The position numbers and the translations under genes are program-made. A DNA stretch of 64,000 nucleotides from Basidiobolus meristosporus CBS 931.73 (lineage: Eukaryota > Fungi > Basidiobolomycota), in assembly GCA_002104905.1 (NCBI GenBank), contig MCFE01000136.1, positions 62,001 through 126,000 of the forward strand, read 5' to 3'. Each line of letters begins with the position of its first letter. Within the stretch, counting starts at the first letter, position 1. This document shows positions 12,104 to 26,170 of this stretch, in pieces. The notes below the pieces were generated by a model. It searched no databases. It saw only the letters and a list, made by a program, of their open reading frames with translations, and was not told the DNA's origin.

Positions 12104-15100
12104 TGTTATGATCTGCCGCTTGAGTGTTCAAGTTAGATCAGTTTTTAGTCAAATCAATTAGTATATGTTTAGGTTATCAGTATATCAGTATTATCTATCA
12201 AATCAGTAGCATTAGTCAGCAAATGAATCAGCAGATCCTTATCAGACAGAAATAGATATATTAAGTAGGATCTTATTGGGTGATGATGATGCAATCAGAT
12301 GAGTCATCAGCCACAACCTACATTAGGAAATACAATTAGTCAGTAATTGATCTGGCAAAATGTATATAAGGGGCTGCTGGAACCTCAATAAAAATCAGCT
12401 CAAGTTTTAGTGAATACAATACTAGCTAAACTCCCTATTCCTCTACAACTCTTATACCAAGACTTGTAACATTGGTAGCAGCAATAACCAGAAACCTCCC
12501 TCCTGAAGAAAGAAGAAACCACCCTCAAGATGTTGGACAATCAAGAATAAAAGAATGCCATGCAGCAAATCCTGGCCCTACAGCAACAGTTACTCCAGAT
12601 CCTCAGCCAACAGCAACAAGGAATGACTACCATGGCTCAGAACCAGCAAAGCCCTGTTAAGAACAACTTTAGTGTGAAGGTCAACCAGTACCATGGCAGA
12701 GTCAATGAAAACCTGGGAACTTGGCTCTTTCAGATTGAAGAAGCTTTTAAAGCTAAAGGAATTGCTCCAGACAGCAAGTTGCATTATGCAGCTTCTTACC
12801 TGGCAGATGCAGCTTTACAGTGGTACCACAACAAGATCAGGTCGGCCACTATGATGGGATGCTCTACAATCTCTACCTGGGATGAGTATGTGTCGGAAAT
12901 TCAGGATGCTTTTGAACCTCCACACCAGCAGACACTACTAAGAAGGAAGGTAAAGACACTCAGACAGAAAGGAATGGTGCAAGAATACATCTATGTGTAC
13001 AGATGTCTACTTGGACAAATTGAAAGAATGGACCCCTTGGATCAAGTTGAATACTTTATTGATGGGTTGAAAGAAAGAACTCACAAGGAAGTGAATTACC
13101 AAAGACCTCAGACTATTAAAGAAGCCATCAAGATTGCCATTGACTATGACTCAGCTATGTTTGGAGTTGGGAAGCCCACAGTGACTAATCAGAAAGGCTA
13201 CAATCATTATGAAAGAAGACAGTCAGAAGCAGTACCAATGGAAATAGATGCTATGCAGAAGAATCCTGCCTTGGAAGAATGTAAGAAGAAAGGACTTTGC
13301 TTCAATTGCCACCAGCAAGGACATATTGCAAAGTACTGCCCTCAGAGAAGAAATGGACACCAGCCATCAAGAACCTTTAACCGTATTGAGGCCATGGAGC
13401 ACAGTAACATGAAGGATGAACTTGAAGAAGACTTAGAACTCACCTTCCACATGACAGAAGAATACCTATCCCAGATGACCTCATACTCAGGAAAGCTATT
13501 ATACTTGAATGGAGTAATCAATGGAGTACCTGCCAAGATTGTGATTGACTCAGGAGCATTGCATGAATATATGTAAGAGCAACTTGCCTTGAAAGCTGGA
13601 ATCATCTCAGAACCTACCAAATCAACTTCAGTCTCCACAGCTGATGGGAACTCTCACATAATCAATTGTATTGCCCAGCCAGTAAGAATGAAGATCAATG
13701 ACTATGAAGAAGACCTACAGGCTTATATATTTGGGAACTGCAAGTTTGACCTTGTACTTGGAAAAACCTGGCTATTTTGTTGTAATCCATCAATCAACTG
13801 GAGAACCCATGCTACTCAGATCCAAAAAGACAACAAGACCTATGAGATATTACCTGCCAGGCTGGATTTTAACTTGGTCAATTCCAGTACGTGTGAGACA
13901 AGTGAACTTAGCAAGACCCAGTTCTGTAGAGCGCTTAGGAAAGGTACTTAGATGTTCCTCATGGCGGTTTTACAGGAGGATTCCTCTACCCCAGCACCCC
14001 AGCAGGTCCAGACTCTCTTGAAGAAATATTCAGACGTGTTTCCAGATGAGCTTGTAAGCCTACCACCAGTCAGAGATGTGGATCATGCCATTGACACAGG
14101 AGATAGCCCTTCAGTGAGCAAGACACCTTACAGAATGAGTCCATTGGAATTAGAGGAAATGAAGAGACAAATTGATCAGCTATTGGAGCAAGGATATATC
14201 AGGCCCAGCAAGTCACCCTGGGGAGCACCAGTGCTTTTTGTGAAAAAGAAGGATGGAACACCTAGGATGTGCATTGACTACAGAGCCCTGAACTCAGTTA
14301 CCGTCAAGAACAAGTACCCCATACCTTGGATTGATGAGCTTTTGGACCAACTTAAGGGAGCCACTATTTTCAGCAAGATTGACCTCATGTCAGGATACAA
14401 CCAGATTAGGGTGAAACCAGAAGATATCCCTAAGACAGCATTCAGGACCAGATATGGACATTACAAGTACTTAGTCATGAGTTTTGGCCTCACTAATGCC
14501 CCTGCAACATTCATGACGCTGATGCAGACTGTCCTTCAGGAGTACTTAGACAAGTTTGTGATAATCTACCTGGATGATATATTGATATACAGCAAGACAG
14601 AAAAGGATCACATGGTGCACATTGAAAAGGTCTTGAAGAAACTAAGAGAGAACAAGCTATATGGCAAGCTAGCCAAGTATGAATTCTTCAAGGAACATGT
14701 TGAATACCTGGGAAACATAGTGACTAGCACAGGAGTGACCTTAGACCCTAAGAAGGTTGAAGTTATCAAGAATTTGAAGCAGCCCCATAGCATATCAGAA
14801 CTCAGATCATCGCTTGGAATGGTTTCCTATTATTGGAGATTTGTCAAGTCTTTTGCAAGTATTGCAGCCCCTTTGACTGATATCCTCAAGAAAGACAATA
14901 CCTACAAGTGCAACATAGCTTGTGAGACTGCCTTCCAGACGCTCAAGAATGAACTTGCTAAGCTGCCAAGCTTAAGAATACCAGACTTCAGAAAAGAGTT
15001 CACTCTGTGCACAGATGCTTCAGATTATGCAATTGGTGGAGTGCTGAGTCAAGAACACAGTGGAAAGGACTACCCTGTTGCCTTTGAATCCAAGAAACTG

Positions 15101-16996
15101 AACTCAGCAGAACAAAACTATCCAGTCCATGAGAAGGAGATGCTTGCTATAATGCACTGTGAAGACTGATGATGCCTTCCTCAAGTATATATTCTCTCAG
15201 AAGGTACTCTCTAGAAGAATGACAATTTGGAGTGAATACATTCAGCAATTTGACCTGGAGATTGTCTACTGTCCTGGAAAAAACAACATGGTTGCTGATG
15301 CCTTATCAAGATTAGATCAAGTTGCACAACTCAACTTGGTGCATGAATCAGATTGGCCTAGCCTATTACCAAAGTACTGGAGGACCAAGCCATCCCTAAT
15401 GAGGTGGATGAAGATATCAAGAAGATAATCTGTGATGAAGCCAGCAAATTTGTAGTACAGGACAAAACACTCTACCAAATTGCTGATGGAAGCCCTATTG
15501 CCTATTGTCCTTATGTTGCTTGCCTGGATTTAATACATATGCTACACAATGAATATGGACATCTTGGGATTGAAGGAACCTATAGCCTTGTGAAAGCCAG
15601 AGCATGGTGGCCCAGAATGAAACAAGATATTGACAAGCTAGTGAAAACATGCCTAAACTGCCAAATCAATCAAGGCCAGCCACAAAGAATTGCAAAACTC
15701 TTCCCTTTGGAGCCTGTAAGACCATTTGCGAGATGGGGAATTGACTTTATTGGAAGACTGCCAACTACCAGGAAATACAACCGTTGGATCCTAGTAGCTA
15801 ATGACCATGCCACTAAATGGCCAGTTGCTAAAGCTGTACCAATAGCCAGTGAACAAGAAGTTGCAAGTTTCATTTACCATGAGATCCTGATGAAGCTTAG
15901 ATGCCCTGTGGAGATCTTATCTGATAGAGGTGCAAACTTTATGGCAAAGACATTAGTGGCTTACCTGGAAATGCAGCAGATCAGACACTTGAAAACCTTG
16001 GCATATCACCCCAGAACTAATGGAGTCACTGAGCAGTTTAATGGATTATTTGGAAAAATGCTGACCAAGTATGCAAATGGAGTTGTCAGTAGATGGGATG
16101 AGTATATAGACTAAGCACTCTTTGCATGCAGAGTCAGAGTACACAACACTACCCAGCAATCACCATTTTACTTAGTTTATGTATGTGAACCAAGGATTCC
16201 AGGAGATCTTACACAACCAAAACTTACAGACACCTTAGAAGATGAACTCAGTCAGCCAAGTAGACACCAACAACTGGAACAAAGACGTCAAGAGGCACAG
16301 ACTAAAGTATCTCAAAGTGCAGAAAAGATGAAGCAGAGATTTGATAAGACTATAGCACCAGAAGCATTGACAGTTGGGAACTTTGTATTGCTAAGAAACA
16401 ACACTTGGAAGAAGTTTGAGCCACAATGGACAGGACCATTCAAGATCATCAGAGAATGTCCATTTGCAACTTACCAACTGGTGGACAAACAAGGCAATAT
16501 CCGGGAAGACTTAGTGCATAGGGACAGACTCAAGCTTGCAAGACTTGCTGATAATACTGAACCATCAAGATATTGGTATCACAAGAAAAGAGATTCAGGA
16601 GAACCCTCTCAACTTTAGTAGGGGAGAATGTTATGATCTGCCGCTTGAATGTTTAAGTTGGATCAGTTTTTAGTCAAATCAATTAGTATATGTTTAGGTT
16701 ATCAGTATTTCAGTATTATCTATCAAATCAGTAGCATTAGTCAGCAAATGTATCAGCAGATTCTTATCAGACAGAAATAGATATATTAAGTAGGATCTTA
16801 TTGGGTGATGATGATGCAATCAGATGAGTCATCAGCCACAACCTACATTAGGAAATACAATTAGTCAGTAATTGATCTGGCAAAATGTATATAAGGGGCT
16901 GCTGGAACCTCAATAAAAATCAGTTCAAGTTTTAGTGAATACAATACTAGCTAAACTCCCTATTCCTTTACAACTCTTATACCAAGACTTGTAACA
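12104..16996 (+). mobile_element. Full-length Ty3/gypsy LTR retrotransposon (4893 bp; LTRs 12104-12471 and 16629-16996; TSD GAAG)
   Basis: 368-bp TG...CA LTRs differing at 8 positions by my count. PBS TGGTAGCAGC at 12473 and polypurine tract AGGGGAGAA just before 16629. Confidence 0.95.
12560..16618 (+). pseudogene. gag-pol of the Ty3/gypsy element (Gag, CCHC knuckle, protease, RT, RNase H, integrase); inactivated
   Basis: Motifs [36 protein letters not shown]...C..C, WGIDFIG and WTGPF. ORFs 12560, 13589 and 13952 share a frame and are separated by point stops, implying one ancestral ORF. Deletion and frameshift near 15155. No chromodomain. Confidence 0.92.
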
Positions 16997-19689
16997 GAAG
17001 TTCAATGACCATGAAAAAGACATACAGGCCTATATATTTGGGAACTGCAAGTTTGAACTTGTACTTTGAAAAACCTGGCTATTTTGCTGTAATCCATCAA
17101 TCAACTAGAGAACCCATGCCATTCAGACCCAGAAGGACAACAAGACCTATGAGCTATTACCTGCCAGACTGGATTTCAACTTGGTCAATTCCAGTATGTG
17201 TAAAATAAGCAAGATTAGCACAACACAGTTCTGTAGAGCACTTAGAAAAGGTACCAAGATGTTTCTTTTGGCAGTACTACAGGAGGATTCCACTACTCCA
17301 GTATCCCAGAAGGTCCAGACTCTTTTGAAGGGATATTCAGACGTATCTCCAGATGAACCAGTAAGCCTACCTCTAGTCAGAGACCTGGATCATGCCATTG
17401 ACACAGGAGATAGCCCTCAAGTGAGTAAGTCACCATATGGAATGAGTCCATTGGAGTTGGAAGAGATGAACAGACAAATAGATCAGTAATTGGAGCAAGG
17501 ATATATCAGACCCAGTAACTCACCTTGGGGAGCACCAATACCCTTTGTAAGCAAGAAGGATGAAGCTCAAAGCATGTGCATTGTCAACAGAGCCCTCAAC
17601 TTGATTACTCTGAAGAATAGGTACCCCAAAGCTTGGATTGATGAACTTTTGGACCAGCTCAACAGAGCCACTCTATTCAGCAAGATTGACATTATGTCAG
17701 GATTCAACTGGATTAGGGTGAAGCCAGAAGACATCCCTAAGACAGTATCACAAGCAGATATGGACATTACAAGTACCTAATCATGAGTTTTGGCTTACCC
17801 AATGCCCCTGCAACATTTGTGGCCCTAATGCAGACTGTCTTCCTGGAGTACTTAGACAAGCTTGTGATAATCTACCTAGATGATATATTGATATACAGCA
17901 AGACAGAAGAGGATCATTTGGTGCACATTGAAAAGGTCCTGAAGAAGCTAAAAGAGAACAAACCATATTGCAAGCTAGCCAAGTGCAAATTCTTCAAGGA
18001 ACATGTTGAATATCTGGGACACATAGTTACTAGCACAGGAGTGACTTTAGACCCTAAGAAGGTTGAACTCATCAAGAATTTGAAGCAGCCCATAGCATAT
18101 CAGAACTCAGCTCATTCCTGGGAATGGCTTCCTATTATTAGATATATGTCAAGTCCTTTCAAGTATTGCAGCCCGTTCAACTGATATCCTCAGGAAAGTC
18201 AGTACCTATAAGTGGGACATAGCTTGTGAAGCTGCCTTCCAGACCCTCAACAATACCTGACTTCAAAAAAGTGCTTACTCTGTGCACTGATGCTTCAGAT
18301 TATGCAATTGGTGGAGTGTTGAGCCAAGAACACAAGGGAAAGGACTACCCAGTTACCTTTGAATCCAAGAAACTGAACTCAGCAGAACAAGACTATCCAG
18401 CGCATGAGAAGGAGTTACTTGCTATAATATCCTGCCTGAAGACGTGAAGATGCTATATTCTGGAGTCAAATGCACTGTGAGGACTGATCATGCCTCCCTC
18501 AAGTATATACTTACTCAGAAGGTACTCTCTAGAAGATTGACAATTTGGAGTGAATACATTCAGCAATTTGACCTGGAGATTGTCTACTGTCCTGGAAAAA
18601 ACAACATGGTTGCTGATGCCTTATCAAGATTAGATCAAGTTGCACAACTCAACTTGGTGCATGAATCAGATTGGCCTAGCCTATTACCAAAGTACTTGGA
18701 ACACCAAGCCATCCCTAATGAGGTGGATGAAGATATCAAGAAGATAATCCGTGATGAAGCCAGCAAATTTGTAGTACAGGACAAAACACTCTACCAAATT
18801 GCTGATGGAAGCCCTATTGCCTTTTGCCCTTGTGTTGCTTATCTGGATTTAATACATAAGCTACACAATGGATATGGACATCTTGGGATTGAAGGAACCT
18901 ATAGCCATATGAAAGCCAGTGCATGGTGGCCCAGAATGAAACAAGACATTGTAAGGCTAGTAAAAACATGCCCAAATTGCCAAATCAACCAAGGCCAACC
19001 ACAGAGAGTTGCCAAACTCTTGCTCTTAAAGCCAGTAAGACCATTTGAACAATGGCAGATTGACTTAATTGGAAGACTGCAAACTACAAAGAAATACAGT
19101 CATTGGATCCTAGTAGCAATTGACCATGCCACGAAATGGCCAGCAGCTAAAGCAGTGCCTGTTGCCAGTGAGCAAGAAGTTTCAAGTAACATCTATCATA
19201 AGATCCTGGTGAAGCTTGAATGCCCTGTAGAGATTCTATCTTTTAGCAGTGCAAACCTTATGGCAAAGACATTGGAAGCTTACCTGGATATGCAGCAGAT
19301 CAAATACTTGAAAACCTTGGCATATCACCTCAAAACTAATGGAGTCACTGAATGGATTAATGGATTATTTGGAAAAATGCTGACAAAGTATGGACAACAA
19401 GAGGTACAGGCCAAAGTGTCTGAAAGCGCAGAAAACATGAAGTAAAGACTTGATAAGACTATATCACCAGAATCATTGACAGATGGGAACTTTGTAATAC
19501 AGAGACATAATTCTTGGGAGAAATTTGAGCCCCAATGGACGGGACCTCTTAAGATCATCAGAGAATGTCCATTTGCAACTTACCAACTGGTGGACAAACA
19601 AGGCAATATCCGGGAAGACTTAGTGCATAGGGACAGACTCAAGCTTGCAAGACTTGCTGATGATACTGAACCATCAAGATATTAGCCAC

Positions 19690-21161
19690 ATTCTATTATT
19701 GCACTCAATGGCTGCACATATCTTCAATGTGTTTAGATATTTGGGCATGGGTATCAACATCACAGTCTCTCCCTCCTATGCAGTGATAAGTTTGTCAGTG
19801 GGCTTGATATTTGGGCACTGTTGCTATGCTTCAATTATAGTGCAGTTTTCCCCTGCTGCTACATTGGGAAATGACTTAGCTTCTGGCTATAATATTAAGC
19901 TACTTGAGTTCTTTCTTTGCATCAATAATACTGTGTTCTCTACCTGGGATATTAATTGCTCTACACATATTTTTCACTCATCTGAGCTCTGGACAACCTC
20001 CTGATCTCCTAGGCTATTGAGGCTATCCTATCAGCCTCTGCACTTCTTTGCCGTGTCAAGATGTTAGTATGCACTGCCAACAAGTACTGCATTTGCTATG
20101 TCCTTGTATGCCTGAGCAATATGGTCAGCTTGAGGCTCTACAGAGATTCACTATTGCCTATTTGACTGAGAGTCTGAGGAGTCTGCATTGTTACCATGAG
20201 TGGGCAAACTTCCAACATGGCCTATTTTTGATGGAGCCTTACTTGTTGCACTGAATGTCAAGGCAAGCTATTGTCCAACTAATCTTCTGCTGCTGTTGTC
20301 AATGTGGCCTGGTGGGAATTGCACACTTTTGCTTTATTCCTGACAGCCCTTATACAAAAGTGAGTTAAACCAGAGGGGAAATAGTGTTACATATATATGT
20401 ATATGTAGTGCTACAGATTTATTTACAATGATTACTGTGATGGGTCATCATTGAGTCTTACATTCATGTAGGTGTAAAGACTCAATTACAAGACTTTCCA
20501 ACATTCACATAAGTATTGAGAAGAAAGGGATATAATAGCATAGTGATTTTGGGTGTCAAATTGTGGACTCAATGGAGAAGACTATCTTGATTCAATGTAG
20601 TAAGAGATGAGCGCATATTTAAGCACTCATTGGTCACTACTGCACCAAAAACATCTTGCCAGCTGCTTGATACTTCAGTAACTTCACCCAACCATGCTTG
20701 TCACTGTGTGCAAACTGAGTTAGGTAAGTTTGTGGAGCCTTTAGGCTCACCACAGCCTTCTGAATACGGCATGCATATTGGTAGCTCTGAAAATGAAGTA
20801 TCACTTATGGACTGCTAGCCTTTATCTCCTGACAACTGCTCTCTGTAAAATCCTGGCAAGATCCAAGCATGAGTACTCTTGTTCCAAGCTACTGACATTC
20901 TGATGGCCTCATTGCAGGAGCCTGATAATTGATTCTGATCAAATCTGCTTGTGGGAACACACTCTTTTTCATGAAGATTGTTAGATCTTCTATAGATATG
21001 GGAGCAATATCTCAGATACAAGAAATATCCTAAGTTTACATGACCACTGAAACAGGAGTACTATGGCAGTGTAATATTGTTCAGTGTTAAGCTGTTTAGT
21101 CATGGACAAGACTTCTTTGGTTCAATGGCACAAGGGAATAGAAAATACTGTGAGGCTATTG
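19690..21161. mobile_element. Decayed CACTA-like element: second-gene remnant (minus, about 19690-20350) and transposase-start remnants (plus, 20572 and about 21100)
   Basis: Nucleotide homology to 34380-35560 and 7400-8300. Confidence 0.7.
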
Positions 21162-24100
21162 TGTTATGATCTGCCGCTTCAATGATTAAGTTAGATCAGC
21201 TTTTAGTCAATTCAATTAGTTATATGTTTAGGTTATCAGTATATCAGTATTATCTATCAAATCAGTAGCATTAGTCAGCAAATGAATCAGCAGATCCTTA
21301 TCAGACAGAAACAGTTATATTAGGTAGGATCTTATTGGATGTTGATGATGCAATCAAATGAGTCATCAGCCACAGCATACATTAGGAAATACAATTAGTC
21401 AGCAATTGATCTGGCAAAATATATATAAGGAGCTGCTGGAATCTCAAAAAAGATCAGTTCAAGTTTTAGTGAATACAATACTAGCTAAACTCCCTATTCC
21501 TCTGCAACTCTTATGCTAAGACTTGTAACATTGGTAGCAGCAATAACCAGAAACATCCCTCCTGAAGAAAGAAGAAGCCTCCCTCAAGATGTCGGACAAT
21601 CAAGAATGGAAGAATGCTATGCAACAAATCCTGCCCCAGCAGCAACGGTTACTCCAGATCCTTAGCCGGCAGCAATAAGGAATGACTACCATGGCCCAAA
21701 GCCGGCAAAACCCTCTCAATGTAACTTTAGTGTGAAGGTCAACTGGTACCATGGTAGAGTCAATGAAAATCTGGGAACTTGGCACTTGCAGATTGAAGAA
21801 GCTGTCAAGGCTAAGGGATTTGCTCCAGAAAGCAAGTTACACTATGCAGCCTCTTACCTGGCAGATGCAGCTTTACAGTGGTACCACAACAAGATCAGGT
21901 CAGCTACCATGTTGGGAGCTCTACAATCTCTACCTGGGATGTGTTTGTGTCAGCGATTCAGGATGCCTTTGAGCCCCCACACCAACAGACACTACTAAAA
22001 AGAAAGTTGAAGACACTCAGACAGAAAGGAATGGCCTAAGAGTACATCTAAGAGTATAGATGTCTACTTGGGCAAATTGAAAGAATGGACCCTCTGGATC
22101 AAGTTGAGTACATTATTGATGGGTTGAAAGAAAGAACCCGTAAGGAAGTGAACTATTGGGGATCTCAGACTATTGAAGAAGCCATCAAGATTGCCATTGA
22201 CTATGACTCAGCTATGATTGGAGTTGGGAAGCCCACAATGACTAATCACAGAGGCTACATTCACTATGAAAGGAAACAATCAGAAGCAGTGCCAATGGAA
22301 ATAGATGCAATGCAGAAGAATCCCACCTCAGAAGAATGTAAGAAGAAAGGACTTTGCTTCAATTGCCACCAGCAGGGACATATTGCAAAGTACTGTCCTG
22401 AAAGAAGAAATGGACACCAGCCATCTAGAACTGTCAACCATATTGATGCCCTTGAGCATAGTAACATGGAGGATGAAATTGAAGAAGACTCAGAACTCAC
22501 CTTCCATATGACAGAAGAATACCTGTCCCAGATGACCTCATACTCAGGAAAGCTCCTACACTTGAATGGGGTAAACAATGGCGTACCTGCCAAGATCATG
22601 ATTGACTCAGGAGCATTGCATGTGTGCATATCAGAGCAATTTGCTTTGAAAGCTGCAATCAAGTTGAAACCCACCAAATCAACTTCAGTCTCAACAGCTG
22701 ATGGAAACTCTCACATAATCAACCAAATTACTCAGCCAGTAAGAATGAAGATCAATGACCATGAAGAAGAGCTACAGGCCTATATACTTGGGAACTGCAA
22801 GTTTGACCTTGTACTTGGGAAAACCTGGCTATTTTGTTGTAATCTATCAATCAACTGGAGAACCCATGCCATTCAGATCCAGAAGGACAACAAGACCTAG
22901 GAGCTAATACCTGCCAGACTGGATTTTAACTTGGTCAATTCCAGTGCATGTGAAACAAGTGAACTTAGCAAGACACAGTTCTGTAGAGCACTAAGATATG
23001 GCACCCAGATATTCCTCATGGCAGTATTACAGGTAGATTCCTACTCCAGTACCCCAGAAGGTCCACACTCTTTTCAAGGAATATTCAGTCATATTTCCAG
23101 AAGTGCTTGTAGGCCTACCACTAGTCAGAGACGTGGATCATGCCATTGACACAGGAGATAGCCCTCCAATGAGTAAGACACCTTATAGAATGAGTCCTTT
23201 GGAGTTGGAAGAGATGAGGAGACAAATATATCAGTTACTGGAGCAAGGATGTATTAGACGCAACAAGTCACCTTGGGGGCCACCAGTACTTTTTGTGAAG
23301 AAGAAGGATGGAGCACTTAGGATGTGCATTGACTACAGAGCCCTCAACTCAGTTACTGTGAAGAGTAAGTACCCCATACCGTGAATTGATGAGCTTTTGG
23401 ACCAACTCAACAGAGCCACTCTATTCAGCAAGATTGACAACATGTCAGGATACAACCAGATTAGGGTGAAGCCAGAAGACATCCCTAAGACAGCATTCAG
23501 GACCAGATATGGACATTACAAGTACTGAGTCATTAGTTTTGGCCTTACAAATGCCCCTGCAACATTCATGACCATGATGCAGACTATCTTCCAGGAGTAC
23601 TTAAAACAAGTTTGTCATAATCTACCTAAATGATACATTGATATACAGCAAGCCAGAAGGGGATCATTTGGTGCACATTGAAAAGGTCTTGAAGATGCTA
23701 GGAGAGCACAAGCTTTATGGCAAGCTACCCAAGTGTAAGTTCTTCAAGGAATATGTCGAATATCTGGAACACATAATGACTAGCACAGTAGTAACCTTAT
23801 ACCCTAAGAAGGTTGAAGTTATCAACAATCTGAAGCAGCTGCATTGCATATCAGAGCTCAGATCATTCCTTGGAATGGTTCCCTATTATTGGGGATTTTT
23901 CAAGTCCTTTGCAAGTATTGCAGCCTCTTTAACTCATATCCTCAAGAAAGACATTACCTACAAGTGGGACATAGCTTGTGAAACTGCCTTCCAGATGCTC
24001 AAGAATGAACTTGCTAAGCCTCCAAGCTTAAGAATACCTGACTTTAGAAAACAGTTTACTCTGTGCACAGATGCTTCAGATTATGCAATTTGTGAGTCTT

Positions 24101-25895
24101 GAGCCAAGAACACAGGGGAAAGGACTACACAATTGCCTTTGAACCCAAGAAACTAAACTCAGCAGAGCAAAACTATCCAGTCCATGAGAAGGAGATGCTT
24201 GCTATAATACACTGTTTGAAGACATGTAGATGCTATATTGAGGGAGTCAAATGCACTGTAAAGACTGATCATGCCTCCCTTAAGTATATATTTATTCAGA
24301 AGGCACTTGCTAGAGGAATGACAAGATGGAGTGAATACATTCAGCAATTGGACTTGGAGATTGTCTACTGCCCAGGTAATAACAACACATTTGCTGACAC
24401 CTTTTCAAGATTAGATCAAGTTGCACAACTCAACTTGGTGCATGAATCAGATTGGCCTAGCCTATTACCAAAGTACTTGGAGGACCAAGCCATTCCTGAT
24501 GAGGATGATGAAGATACCAAGAATATAATCCAGGATTAAGCCAGCAAATCTGTAGTACAGAATGAAACACTCTACCAAATTGCTGATGGAAGCCCTATTG
24601 CCTTTTGCCCTTATGTTGCTTATCTGGATTTAATACATAAGCTACACAATGGATATGGACATCTTGGAATTGAAGGAACCTATAGCCTTGTGAAAGCCAG
24701 TGCATGGTGGCCCAGAATGAAACATGACATTGTGATGCTAGTGAAAACATGCCCAAATTGCTAAATCAACCAAGGCCAGCCACACAGAATTGCTGAATTC
24801 TTTCCCTTGTAGAGATTCTATCTTATAGCAGTGCAAACTTTATGGCAAAGACATTGGAAGCTTACCTGGAAATGCAGCAGATCAAACACTTGAAAACTTT
24901 GGTATATCACCCCAGAACTGATGGAGTCACTGCATGGATTTATGGATTATTTGGAAATGCTTACCAAGTATGCAAATGGAGTTGTCAATAGATGGGATCA
25001 GTATATAGACCAAGCACTCTTTGCATGCAGAGTCAGAGTACACAACACCACCCAACAATTGCCATTTTACTTATTGTATGGATGTGAACTAAGAACTCCA
25101 GGAGATCTCACACAACCAAAGCTTACAGACATCTTAGAAGATGAACTCAGTCAGCCAAGTAGACACCAGCAACTGGAACAAAGACGTCAAGAGGCACAGA
25201 CCAAAGTATCTCAAAGGGCAGAAAAGATGAAGCAGAGATTTGATAAGACTATAGAACCATAAGCATTGACAGTTGGGAACATTGTTTTGCTAAGAAACAA
25301 CACTTGGAAGAAGTTTGAGCCACAATGGACAGGACCATTCAAGATCATCAGAGAATGTCCATTTCCAACTTACCAACCAGTGGACAAACAAGGCAATATC
25401 CGGGAAGACTTAGTGCAGAGGGACAGACTCAAGCTTGCAAGACTTGCTGATGAAACTGAACCATCAAGATATTAGTATCACAAGAAATGAGATTCAGGAG
25501 CACCCTCTCAACTTTTGCAGGAGAGATTATTAGGATCTGCTGCTTAAACGTTCAAGTAAGATCAGTTTTAGTTAAATCAATCAGTTATATGCTTAGGTTA
25601 TCAGTGTATTGGTATTATCTATTAATTCAGTAGCATTAGTCAGCAAATGAATCAGCAGATCCTTATCAGACAGAAATAGATATATTGAGTAGGATCTTAT
25701 TGGGTGATGATGATGCAATCAAATGAGTCATCAGCCACAGCATGCATTAGAAAATACAATTAGTCAGCAATTGATCTGGCAAAATGTATAAAAGGAGCTG
25801 CTGGAGTCTCAACAAAGATCAGTTCAAGTTTTAGTGAATACAATACTAGCTAAACTCTCTATTCCTCTACACCTCTTATACTAAGACTTTTAACA
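21162..25895 (+). mobile_element. Third Ty3/gypsy copy of the same family (LTRs 21162-21530 and 25528-25895; TSD ATTG), inserted in a CACTA transposase start
   Basis: Same LTR and PBS, with gag-pol remnants in ORFs 21732-25475. LTRs differ at about 35 positions by eye (roughly 90% identity). Integrase deletion near 24810. The host reads GCTATTG|ATTGCAACAAG. Confidence 0.92.
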
Positions 25896-26170
25896 ATTGC
25901 AACAAGTCTTGCAGCCCTGAAGTAGCTAGACAGCAAGGAAGTATTCAGTGGATCAGGGCAAATGTTTTGTCAACAAGGTCATATTTGAGCATTTAGCAGA
26001 CACTACTGTACCAAAAATATCTTTCCAGCCATTTGACACTTTATAGAAGTAGTTACCCTTGCTAACAACCTTTCAAAAAATGAGTCAGGTGAGTTTGTGA
26101 TGCCTTCTGGCTCACCTATGCCTTGGAACATAGCCCACAGAATGATAGATATGACAAAGAAGGCTCACTG
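25896..26170 (+). mobile_element. Continuation of the CACTA transposase 5' region after the gypsy insertion
   Basis: Homologous to about 7975-8260 and 35290-35550. Confidence 0.65.

Larger units (their letters stand above)
10588..19683 (+). mobile_element. Older degenerate Ty3/gypsy copy (partial 5' LTR 10588-10895, no 3' LTR), split by the 12104-16996 insertion
   Basis: Gag and protease remnants at 10980-12103 resume in register at 16997 and continue through RT (YLDD), RNase H and integrase. Many stops and an internal deletion near 19395. Confidence 0.88.

Noticed and set aside
16560-16628. Chromodomain at the gypsy integrase C-terminus
   Set aside because: The ORF stops shortly after the GPF-motif region and runs into the PPT, leaving no room for one.
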